Origin: Lenisia limosa
Lineage: Eukaryota; Protista; Breviatea
Assembly (NCBI GenBank): GCA_001655205.1
Contig: LPNZ01005159.1
Coordinates: forward strand, 1 to 45,535
Direction of reading: 5' to 3'
DNA: 45,535 bases
The translations under genes and the position numbers were made by a program. Of this stretch, positions 1-11,604 are shown piece after piece; position 1 is the stretch's first letter; the number at the start of each line of letters is the position of its first letter. The notes beneath the pieces were generated by a model, which was not told the DNA's origin, did no database searches, and was given only the letters and a program-made list of their open reading frames with translations.

Positions 1-75
1 TATATATATATTGGACGACCGCCCTAAGTACCGTAGTTACAAACCTTTGACCTATTTTGCCACTCATATTGCCAG

Positions 76-3000
76 GAAAGCCGTTCTTGGAAGGAGATTG
101 GTGCTGCCCTGCATGTGACACCCATGTCAACCATTCGGATGAACAGTGCCAATGTGGCAAGGCAAGGCCTCTTGTTGGCACCCCTGTTGGGGACCGTGCC
201 CATTTATCGTTCCTTCCTTCTTACACTGACAAGGTTCGGGGGGGGGCGGGGGGCGGGCATTTGTATGTATTATTTTGCAAACTGAAAGTTGAAAGATAAG
301 ACTGGTGTTCATTTATGTCCATGTTGCTTTGTTTAGTATTTGATTTTCTTTTAGCTAAGTCCAGTTTTCTATTTGGATTTGCCTCAAAACTGTTCACCCC
401 CCCCCCCCTNNNNNNNNNNNNNNNNNNNNNNNNNNNNNNNNNNNNNNNNNNNNNNNNNNNNNNNNNNNNNNNNNNNNNNNNNNNNNNNNNNNNNNNNNNN
501 NNNNNNNNNNTGGTGGTGCCGTCTCTGCGACTCCCGAAACTTTGGGTCACGTGATAACTGCTTTAACTGCAACGTCTATCGTGCACCAGGCATCCGTCTT
601 CGTTTCGACTGGGATTGTGATATTTGCAAACAGCATAATTTCGGAAGCAAGAGGTGAGGATGGGTGGAAGATTTAGTTAATGACTACCCTTGATTTTCTC
701 TAATTTCTAAAGATCTGACAATTGCTTCCGCTGCGGTAACAATCGCTTTGAACCACCCCCCATGGTCGAAGAGAAGTTCGAGCAGTTCCCTACCCAAAAC
801 AACAGAAGGAGACACGGGTAGGAGGGTGATCTTTGGCTTATATTCTACATTCAATTGTTTCAGAGATATTTTGACTTCTTTTTGGTTCCAAAAAGACGGA
901 AGATACTGGTATTACCAAGGATCTAATTTCAAACGGGAAGCTCTCATGGATAGGCTCATGATTATGACTAATCCCACAGCTCACAATCAAACGAAGGACC
1001 CGACCCCCAGTCCCCACACTTCCGCCAGAAGCCTCGAGATCAGCACGCCAGACATGAACACCCCAGATCACAAGATCAACTTCAAGACCCACGGCTGCTT
1101 GACGCGCGGCTCCAGGGTCCAAGAGGTGGCGATATGAGAATGATTCACGGCCAGAACCAACGCATTGCTCGGCCCCGCGAGCCCATTATGAACCGTAGTG
1201 ACCGGCCCTCTATGGAGGATGGCATTCTTGAAACGCCGACCACCACCAGGATTATCGAGACGAATGTCGATCCGCGACAAGTCACACGACGTGCTGTGTT
1301 TGCAACTAACCCCGGCGCTCCAATCCTCAACGGTCCCATGGCAACCATTCCGGATGAACTAGTGTCACGCCAAGTGCGAGAGGAAGTCGACGCAAGAGGC
1401 GCGCGAGAGATCAGAGATCGTGTATATGAGCGTGAGCGTGAGTATGAACGTAGAAAAGAACGTGAGCGTGAGCGTGAACGTGACAGGACTCGTGACAAAG
1501 ATCATCGCGAGCGTGATAGGAGAGACAGACAGATGAGGGCTGAAAGATTCAGCCGCGAAGATGATGAGCGTTATGAGCGTAGGAGGCGTCAACGTGAGGC
1601 TGAGCGTGAGGCTGAGCGCAAAAAGGCAGGCGATTTTGTTGACCCTCGAGATATGCCAAGAAAAGATGGTGCTCAACCCAAGGGTCGTGGAAAGGCGAAG
1701 GCAAACCTTCCTAAAACGAAGAGGGCAGCTAATGCACCAATCGTAAGTGAGCTGAAACGCCCGCGTTCACCCTCCCCAATCAAATCGAAGAAATCAGAGA
1801 AGAAAGCTAGTCAAGAGAAGGAGGCAGAAAAGGTGGAGAATGATGATGCTGTTGATATGGAGATTGAAGAGGAAGAGGTTAAGCAACTTAAGAAAGAGCA
1901 GAAGAAGGATCAAGAAAAAGAAGACAGCGAAGATGATTATATGAATGAAATTGAAGAATATGAAAAGGAAGAAGAGAAAGATGTTGATAAAACCATTGAA
2001 GATGAAGAAGAGAAGGAAGATGATGAAGAGACTGTTAAAGAGTTGAAGGAAGAGGTGAAAGAAGGTGAAAAAGAAAAGGAAGAGGTTGAAGAAGAGAAGG
2101 AAGAAGATAAGCACGAAAGTGTAGCAGAAGGGGAGGAAGAAAAGAAGGAAGAAGATGAAGAAGATAAGCACGAAAGTGTAGAAGAAGAGGAGGAAGAAAA
2201 GAAGGAAGAGGAAGAAGAGAAGGAGCAAAAGAAGAAACAAGAAAATGAAGAAGATAAGCACGAAAGTGTAGAAGAAGAAGAGGAAGAAAAGAAGGAAGAT
2301 GAAGATGAAGATAAGCATGAAAGTATAGAAGAAGAGGAGGAAGAAAAGAAGGAAGACGAAGAAGAGAAGGAAGAAGAGAGTGTTGAAGGTGAAGAAGAGA
2401 AGGAAAATGTTGATGAAGAAGAAGAAGAGAAGGAAGAAGAGCATGTTGAAGGTGAAGAAGAGAAGGAAGATGAGAGTGTTGAAGAAGAGAAGGAAGATGA
2501 GAGTGTTGAAGAAGAGAAGGAAGATGAGAGTGTTGAAGGAGAGGAGGAAGAAAAGAAAGAAGGTGATGAAGAGAAGAAAGAAGAAGCTGAAAAAGAGAAG
2601 GAAGAGGAAAGGATAGAAGAGGAGAAGGAAGAAAAGAAAGAGCAGAGAGAAGGTGAAGAAGATGAGAATACTGAAGGTGAGGAAGAGAAAGTAGATGAGA
2701 GGGCTGAAGAAGAAAAGGAATATGAGAGTGTTGAAGAAGAGGAAGACGAAAAGGAAAAAGAAGAAGACGAATGTGAAGAAGGTGAGGAAGAGGAGGAAAA
2801 TCAGGAAGAAGAAAAGGAAGAGACAGAGAAGGAGACAATAGAAGATGAAAGGAAAGAAAGTGAAGAAGAAAGTGAAAACGAAGAAGAAAAAGGAGCAATT
2901 TTAGATGAGAGGGAGAAGGAAATAGAAAAGGAAGAAGGAAGTGAAGAAGAGGATGAAGATAGTAAAAATGAAGATGGTGAGTTAGGGCTGAATTTTATTT

Positions 3001-3268
3001 TATTTTCTTTGCGTTACAATCGAAATAACCCTTGTAGGGGATAGTGATCAAACCCCTAGTCCAAGTGGAAGTGAGGTTTGTGCATCTTTCAAAAACTCTT
3101 TGATTTACTCACTCTTTTTCGTTATATCAACATTGAAAGGCACATCAATCCATTTTCGCAACTTTATTCTTACTGTGCCTATCACCCTTTTTTTTTACAA
3201 TTCAAAAAGGGATATTTACTATTTAGGATGAGGGAGATGAAGAGGAGGAAGTGGACTACTCTGATTAA
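76..3268 (+). CDS. RanBP2-type zinc-finger protein with R/E/D-rich middle and very long Glu-rich acidic tail (5' partial, multi-exon)
   Basis: Three W-x-C-x2-C-x3/4-N-x5/7-C-x1/2-C motifs: WCCPACDTHVNHSDEQCQC, WWCRLCDSRNFGSRDNCFNC, and WDCDICKQHNFGSKR|SDNCFRC joined across intron 654-712. Intron 818-979 ends in GACTAAT..CAG. A long exon 980-2976 includes the 636-aa ORF. Probable last exon DEGDEEEEVDYSD* ends at TAA 3266-3268, but I could not resolve the phase of that last junction. The ORF-track start at 57 is TTG in intronic sequence. Confidence 0.7.
2101..2540 (+). repeat. Coding tandem repeats in the Glu-rich tail (EEDKHESVEEEEEEKKE x4; EEEKEDESV x3)
   Basis: AAGATAAGCACGAAAGTGTA-type unit recurs near 2104, 2161, 2251 and 2308. 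The 27-nt unit GAAGAAGAGAAGGAAGATGAGAGTGTT repeats three times at about 2454-2535. Confidence 0.85.
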
Positions 3269-3674
3269 TAATGGTGTGTGGTGGATCTTTGTAGAATACA
3301 AATGACACAGAGCTACCTCCCTCCCTCGCTTATTGTTTTTACAATTTAGGTCCTGGTGGGAGTGTTTCTTTTCGGTTTCTTTTATGTAAAGTATTGATGT
3401 ATTTTTAACAAATGGTGCATTGGTGTTAATAAATAAGTCGCATTATGACGTACAAGGTAAAAAAGGTGGGTTTTGACGTCTCCATTGTCTTGGAGGAATC
3501 CTATCTATATGTAAATTGCTTTTTGTTTCATAATAGATATCTCCCATCATCTACCCTACCTATGCTGACTTCAGGCTTTTGCTTATTACGCTTGCACAAA
3601 TAGAACCCTAAAAAAACACATGGATCACAAGTTGTTGTGGGAAAAATTAATTATTATACAAGTGAAACATCAGC

Positions 3675-3905
3675 TTAGAGCTGTCCGCAGTCCTCAATGA
3701 CGACGCGAGCAGAGCAGCGGCCAGAGTCGGAGCCAACAGCCTCCATAGCCTTGCAGACCTCGACACCCTCAATGACCTTGCCGAAGACGACGTGCTTGCC
3801 ATCGAGCCAGGTAGTCTTGGCGGTGGTGATAAAGAACTGAGAGCCGTTGGTGTTGGGTCCAGCGTTGGCCATGGAGAGGAGGAAGGGGCCGGTGTGCTTG
3901 AGCTG

Positions 3906-3943
<38 letters not shown>

Positions 3944-4329
3944 CACCACCAGTACCGTTTCCACGGGTGAAGTCACCACCTTGGCACATGAACTAAAGAT
4001 ATTAGATTTCAATTCAAGGAATTCAGATCGCCAAGAATGGTAAGCAAAACAAAACACTCTGTCAGCTTACGCCGGGGATGACACGGTGGAAAGCAGAAGA
4101 CTTGAAGTGGAGAGGCTTGCCAGACTGGCCAATACCCTTCTCGCCAGTGCAGAGAGCACGGAAGTTCTCAGCGGTCTTAGGGACAACAGTCTCGAAGAGC
4201 TCGAAGACGATACGGCCGGCAGCACGGCCACCAATAGACATGTCGAAGAAAACCTGAAAAGTCAACCAGTCAAATCGAGCAACACAACAGAGAAATTAAA
4301 AATGTAGCCTTCCCACATACCTTAACCAT
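3675..4329 (-). CDS. Cyclophilin A-type peptidyl-prolyl cis-trans isomerase, 3 exons
   Basis: Exons 4329-4321 (MVK), 4253-4071 ([33 protein letters not shown]) and 3992-3675 ([47 protein letters not shown]). Canonical GT-AG introns at 4320-4254 and 4070-3993. Confidence 0.97.
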
Positions 4330-4598
4330 TTTTGAAACGAATAGGGAGCTTGTTTTTTTTGTTTTTTCCTCAAAAAAGAGGATCTTCTATCATTAGTTTA
4401 AGAGACTATTACTATTCTGTTCCTAAGTTCGTAAATGTCCTTTGATGAATTTTTGGTTACGTGCACCAACCCCTGTCTTCGCCTTCTCTTTTACATTAAA
4501 ATATAGGTAGTTGTATAAAAAAACTTCTTCCCGCATCTCGTTTCCACAAATAGGTACCCTCCACTGCGCTGTACTTTATCTCTTTGGTAGCGCTCAAA

Positions 4599-6253
4599 AT
4601 GGGTTGCAACCAGAGTAAAAAAAAAGGTATGGAGTTTATTTATCTTCAATAAATCTTTTCAGACGATTCTGAGTCTCGCGAGAGGGTTGATGATGGCTCA
4701 ATCAACAACACTAAGTCTTCTGCTCAGCCCATTCAAGGGGGAACTAGATTCGAGTGAGTGAGAATACTCTTCTTAACACCTTTTGGATATCAATTTGATA
4801 ATTTGTTTTCTAATTCCGCTTAGTAATGGTGATTCGGCAGCAAGAAGCTACACTGATGAAAGGCAAAATGAGAAAGAAGTCTATGAACGAATATCTAAGA
4901 AGGCCATACAGTTGGCAACCTGATGTTTTTTTTTTTTGTTGTTGTTGGTTTATTCTTGGAGTTGTGAACATATCAATCTGCGTGTAAAGATACTTAATAA
5001 TATATATGATATGGTATATAATATCAAAATAAAGACCATTAAAGCGAGCCTTTTTGGGATTGCAACCTTCTGCTCAAGACTATTTTTTTTGTGTTTGGTC
5101 ATCTTATGCTAAAATGTGAGATCATTATTCCCCCCCCCCCTCCTAAGAATAATGATCTTATTACCTCGCAGGAATTTGGTGTCAGTCACGGCGGTACCGG
5201 ATCCGCTTGAGGAAGGACCGGAACTTGAGCAAAGACGAAAAGACTATCGGTGGGGTGGCTTCAAATAGGAAAATTGATTGAAATATGTAAGAAATATATT
5301 TGAATATAGCATAGCATATTATATACATGTCATGTTCATGTTAAGGTTAATTCATCTCTTTGTTTTGTAATCTAGAGCCGTCATTTTGCCAGTTTACAGA
5401 ATATCAATATTTAGAGATGAGAGATAAAACAAGGTATCAGAGATATTGGATTATAGTATTAATTTATTCACCCAATTATTGCCTTACAACTCTGCACACA
5501 GCTTTTACAATATAATATTCGACACAAAATAAATTGGGTTTCACACAATAAAGTGCAGTGGTCCTTTTTTGCAGTAAAGTCTCTATTGTATCAAAAAGAT
5601 CCGGCTGTCCATTTTACTATTATAGTGAGGCACTCAAAACAGCACCGCTATCTCAAGGATGTGGTATGCTCTATTGGATTGTGTTTTGACTTAATGTTCT
5701 GTTTTGTTGGTTGACCATTTCAGTGGACGACCTTTTTGCCGTCCCATATTGCTCAATTACAGAACCAAATGTAAGACTAAGTGGCTGTTGTTCATCTCAT
5801 TTTAAACCATACTGGCAGACAAGGCCATCTCAGCATTGAATACCAGAGTTTTATTAACTCCTTAGGGCCCTGCAGTTGAAGGGTTCATTCCTTCAAATAC
5901 ACTTATAGATCTACTAAATAAACCAGTCCAGCCGCGCTCAGAAGATCCTGAGTAAGCACAGAGTCTTTCGAATGTTGTATAGTTATGGCTTCACTCCAGT
6001 TCTAAAAAGATCGGTAATATATCGATACGAAGATTCATCAAAAAATTTCGTCATTTTCTGGATCGGGGTGAAGCCCTAAGGCATAGCATGCGTAGACTAC
6101 ACGAAATTATTGCTCAACCATGAAACAACCGTATTTTACCTTGCTTATGGATGCAGTAAGGCCTTGGATGCAGTCACTTCAGCACTATCGTCATTTTCGA
6201 TTTCCGTAACAGACGCAGAAAGTGCGGTTGCTTATGTCATGATCACTTTCTAA
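4599..6253 (+). CDS. LAMTOR1/p18 (Meh1/Ego1)-like lipid-anchored Ragulator scaffold, about 8 exons
   Basis: Starts MGCNQS, a myristoylation plus palmitoylation pattern. Spliced text EKEVYERISKKAIQ|NLVSVTAVPDPLEEGPELEQRRKDY parallels LAMTOR1 [39 protein letters not shown]. C-terminus ALDAVTSALSSFSISVTDAESAVAYV parallels [24 protein letters not shown]. Comparison is from memory, and the middle exons are less certain. Confidence 0.55.
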
Positions 6254-6729
6254 TTACTTGCTTGTCCTTTCTTTCAACCCACACTTTTTTTTTTGGATAC
6301 AGGAGAGAAACCATGTTCATTTGGGTAACGTTTATGTTGATGTGAGGTGAGTATTCAGTATTCAACAACCAAAATGTTAAGATAACCAGCAACTCAACCT
6401 ACAAACCCGTGATGACATGATGACAACCTGCGTCTAATGAAAAAAATCATGATTAGAAGGATTGGTGCGGAGTCGGCGGAATTTGGGGCCCAAACTGACC
6501 ACAAAAACGTGCAAACGTGCAAAACGCCCCTTTTTTTCCCATTTATCGCTTCTCACTGTGTTGGTGTTTTTTTATTAGCAGTACGAAGTTCAGAAGCTGG
6601 GAGAAGAGCTTGAAGAGGACACAGACTCAGAAATACTCAAAGAGCGTTTGTAGTTTTACCTACGCTCACCTTCTCAAGCTCATTTTGCTAATTTTTTGGC
6701 CAGATTTTTAAGCCTTGATAGTAAATAAA

Positions 6730-9700
6730 ATGACAGAAGCAAGCAGGGTACCTCCAAAATTTGGGACATCAAAGGTTTGCTGCCCTTATCGCTTCACCTC
6801 TCTTACAAACCCAGATCAAAGGAGTTCTCGACAGAAAGAAGACCAAACTAAATCTTCTTGTCTCATCCAACAAACTTGAAAATCAGAAAGAGCAGACAAA
6901 TGTTTGTTTTGATTGAACTCATTCAATTCAAACGGATTGACTTATCGTATCCAGGACATTTTTGGACTAGTCCAGCTGTTGAAGCTTCAAAACACCGTCA
7001 ACAACATCAAAGGGCATAGTGAAGAACAGGAAGATGAAGATGGACTTGCTCAAGGTATCATTTCTGTTATATTTGTTATATATGTGGTTATCCGAGTTAA
7101 TCTTCTCAAATAATACAATTCAAATTGTTTTTACCTCCTAGTTGAAGAGCTTGTAGCTGAACTTTCTGTTTCAATAGATGAGTCCAAAGTTATTGGTAGG
7201 TAGCTGTGCTCAGATGAGCCGCAAACTTACTTGCCTAGCTGGCGATTTAGTTGAATTTTGGGATGACGACTACCAGCAGTCAATCACGGTGGACCAGAAC
7301 GGTAGGCAAATAATTTACATCAGGTAACCCGACTCTTCATGGCGTGTGTCCATCTTTCATCCAAAATGATTGATGCCATCTACTCTTCTCATCTTCACAG
7401 ACGACGATCTTCCGAACATTGCTCCTGAGTTCCGCATCCATGTTGCCTCTCTCAACGGACTGATTCACTTCTTAACACTCTCCGACTGTGGTAAGATAGA
7501 GTTATATATGTATAATATACTGTTATTCAGCTGTTTTGGCTTCTCCTCGGTTCCAAAAAAGAATGAAATAATTGATTAAATCGTTATTCTTCATATCTTT
7601 TTCCGCTGAAGGGACTGAAGGGAAGCCCAAGATTTTGTGACCCTGTAAATAACATCGTAGATAAGGGTTTTGAGAAGGCTTTCTTCATTACTATGAAGAA
7701 TTTCTGTCTCCCCCCCTTGTTCTTGAAAAAGTTGATCCAGAGGTTCCATGTACCAGCAACCGCCAAGCCCCCAAGAGGCAATCGGGACAGGTAGGTTAAC
7801 TCCTTCATCTCCACGTCTCCCTCAACAGGCCTTATTTAGGGACTTTTTTTTCAGGCTTTTTGTGTTTTCTTTTTTTGTTTTGCGGTCTTCACAGCCCAGA
7901 TGGGAGACGGCTATCCAACAGAGAACAATCGCTGTGATGGATAGATGGATAAATACCTGCTACTCTGACTTCCTTGCTGACCCTTCATTAAAGACTGTAA
8001 GTTGAAACCACCACACACACACTCTCTCTCTCTCATGTAGTTCTTGAATGAATAGGCAACTCAATGTTTGACACCGTTTTAGAGAGTTCAAGAGTTCACC
8101 CTTTCCCTGCAACGCCCTGATCACCTTCGCTACCGCACCCTTATTATCAACTCATTGACTCATAAGGTGTGATCAGCCTCCCTGAACAGTCGAAAAGTGT
8201 TGCTTTTATCTTCAATATTTCCAAATCACAGCCTATTTTCTCATCTCGTCTTTAGTCGGCGGGAGCCCTCCGGAAACAGGCACGTGGAATGTCGCTTGCT
8301 GGAAGTACGTCAACCGCCGCCCCTAGGGTAGGTCACTATGCCGTCGGGACAATGAGCTGATCTTTGATAGATTCTTCGCGTCAATTGCCCTGAACACAAT
8401 GGAGCTGTTAAGACCATGATTGTCAGCCCAGTGTCAACAGTTACGGATATGGTCATTAAGCTGAGGTGAGGAGGTGATAACCGTTCACGGACCATAACAC
8501 TGAGATTTAGTTATAGTGTTATTTGTAGCGTAAAGGTTGTGACGTTTCAGGGAGAAGCTCGATATTACGTCGTCAGACAAAAAATACACCATTGTTGAAG
8601 TTCGCGGAGGAGGTGAGCCGCTTGTGTAGAATCCTGTTTCCCAGCATTTTAGCAGTGCGTCATAAGACATTTTCGGCAGTAATTCAGCAGTATTCTAATG
8701 AGATTAGTCGGCAAAGTTCTGGCTCCCGATCTGAAGCTCTATGATTTGCTGGATTCTGAGACTGTAAGGGGAAGGAAGGTACAACAGTTGATATTGGCGA
8801 AAATGTATGAATCATCAATAGATTACATCAAATGATGTTTTTCTTCTCAACCCAAAATTCACCATTTTAGCCTGTTGAAGGAAGAAGCTTTGAGTTCAAG
8901 GCAATCGAAACTTCAAACCAAAAGGTCAGATTACATTTTTGTTTTTATTGGAAATATTATATACCACTCTAAAGCTTCTTTTTTGGATTGAATTGCATTT
9001 GCCCCATAGTGACGTTTCAGATTGTGGTGCGTGTTTACATCCCTGACGTTAAGCAAACCAAGGTTCTTCAAATCCAGTCGGATTCCACGACCAGTGATTT
9101 GATGTCTTCTGTTGGTATGCACTGGGGAGGCACGCAGAACGCTATGTGCACAGAGTTTTAAGGTAAATGATTGGGTGAATTAATATTTTACGATAATCCA
9201 ATTCGTTAATACGCGTGATGTGGACTGCTTCGGCCAGACACAACCTTGTTTTATTTCGAATCTCGATATTACATGTATGTAGGTCGGCATAGTATAATGA
9301 TTTTGGTTATCGAGTGGGGTTCAATGGTTTACATGGGTGAACTTCAGCTCATCACAATAAGTGATTCCGTAATACTATAAATATAACATTTTAGCGTCGA
9401 AAATTCTTCTCTCTGAAGAAGACACTCAGCATTATCAGCTCAGAATCGCTTCTTCCAAATCTGAAAGTTAGTTGCCTACCAACATCATAGTAAAACAAGA
9501 AATATGAGCTTAGGCAATCAACTTAACGCCATTGTTTTCTGTGTAACTCGGATTTTTAGCTTTGAGTTGCTTTACCTTCACTGAAAATTATTAAAAAAAT
9601 ATTTTTAATTGCATTAATTTCTTTAAAAAATAATTGATTATTCGATTCGTTATTAATACCCTAACGCCAAATTCTTCATCAAAATTTTATTCGTTATTAT

Positions 9701-11486
9701 TCACCCCCCCCCNNNNNNNNNNNNNNNNNNNNNNNNNNNNNNNNNNNNNNNNNNNNNNNNNNNNNNNNNNNNNNNNNNNNNNNNNNNNNNNNNNNNNNNN
9801 NNNNNNNNNNNNNNNNNNNNNNNNNNNNNNNNNNNNNNNNNNNNNNNNNNNNNNNNNNNNNNNNNNNNNNNNNNNNNNNNNNNNNNNNNNNNNNNTCTCA
9901 GAGGTATGCTGGTGGAATTCTCAGCTCTTTTCTTTTGTATTATTTCTTCGACAAGGTGGCTCATCTTTGATTCAAACATTCTTAATGATATGAATGCCAA
10001 GAAGCGCCATGTAGCATGGCTCTTCAACCATCTTTTTCTTTTTCATTGTAATGTTCTCACACTCCTTTAGCCGGCCTCTCAAGACATTTCCGTTCTGAGA
10101 TTTGATGAGGAGATTATGGCCGAAGAGCTCACTGTCAAAGCCTTCAGCCTGTTTTCTGCTGTTGAGGTGGGGTTTTGATTTTGCTTCATAATGATTCCAA
10201 AAAGGATGGATGAGTTGGGACTTCGTTTTATCAGACTATTTGCCCTTCATCATGCTCTTTCACGTTTTTCTAATTGTTAGGCTTTTTGCTTCATTAATCC
10301 CCCCCCCCCCCCNNNNNNNNNNAAAACTGTGAGGTTGACGCCCCGAACGTTTTGGCTCTGATTACGCAGTTCAACTTGGTCTCCAACTGGGTGGTGGAGT
10401 ATGAGGGAAAGTGTTGCAAAGGGATGCTTGAATAGATTTAACATTTCATTTAATAATATCATATCATATCATATCATATAAATAACACTTTCATAATGTT
10501 ATTTCTTCCACTTCGTGTTGATATCAAATGTAATTTTCCAGGTCGATTGTGTCCCAAGAAACAATATCCCGACGAGTGGCTGTCATGGTAGGCTGATTTA
10601 CTTTAGCTTTGTACATACATTCCTGTAATGAGTGGGTTTCACGTGTTCAGTCCAAAATGATCCGCTTGGCGGACCATTTGGAAGCGCTGCGGAACTTCAA
10701 CACTTTGATGGCCGTCGTTGCAGGTCTCAACAACTCGTCTGTCATGCGGCTCAAGCACACTTATTCTGAAGTCAAGAAGAAGCTCAGAACTGTAGGTTCC
10801 ATTTTGGCCTACCAACCTCACAATACAACTTCAACCCATGGACTGTGGTAACCCTAGTTGAAGTTTTTTTTAACGGATCAGCGTTTGGCTGCTCTGGAGA
10901 CACTTGTGTCATGCGAGTATTCGTACAAGGAGTACCGTTCGGCTCTCGCTTCAAGCCCGTCCAACCCCACTGTCCCTTATTTCGGTGAGAGGTGAACTAT
11001 ATTATCTAGTAAATGACATCCAAACCTCATTGACTAGGACTTCTTCTCTCCGACCTCACATTTGCTGACGATGGTAACCCCGGAAGAACCAGTCAAGGCT
11101 ATATCAACTTCAGGAAACAGTTCCTTCTCTCCAAAATCATTATGAACATGCTCCAGGCTCAAGTGTGTTTCTGATTATTATTGCTGCCGTTGCTACTATG
11201 TAATTGTTTAATGCGTTTCTTTACATCACTGTTGTTCACTGTTCTTGTTGTTCCTTTAACACTGTAGACAATTTCCTATCATGGTCTCGAGAGCTCCCCT
11301 CAATACACAGCGTATTTGGATACTTTCAAGAGCCTACCCTGCGACGAGGCTGTTCAATACAAGGTATTGTGGAGCCGGTCATACAATTTTTTTATTGTTA
11401 CATTAATATTATTGAAATCAGAATAACGATTTTAGGCGAGTTTGACTCTGGAACCTCGTGGATTTGAGCGAAGCTCTATCGCCTAG
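6730..11486 (+). CDS. Ras-family guanine nucleotide exchange factor: REM + two RA/ubiquitin-like domains + CDC25 domain (more than 20 exons, spans two N-gaps)
   Basis: REM: DKGFEKAFFITMKNF..FLKKLIQRF and IQQRTIAVMDRWINTCYSDF. CDC25: EEIMAEELTVKAFSLFSAV, LADHLEALRNFNTLMAVVAGLNNSSVMRLKHTY, VPYFG|LLLSDLTFADDGNP..GYINFRKQ, ending LTLEPRGFERSSIA* (TAG 11484-11486). Confidence 0.9.
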
Positions 11487-11604
11487 TTTTATGTTATGTT
11501 ATTATTTTTTTTTTCCATTTTTGTAGTTTTGTACTTAAATAGGGGTTTGTTTGTTTTAGTCATGTAGATTATTCTCAACCAAACAGGAGTTTGACATCAT
11601 TACA

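Noticed and set aside
1145-2898. Long antisense and alternative-frame ORFs (1145-1498, 1365-1676, 1794-2444, 2035-2898, 2380-2616) rich in F/L/S or R/K
   Set aside because: Shadows of the purine-rich GAA/GAG repeat coding strand, which has few stops in other frames. No independent coding signal.
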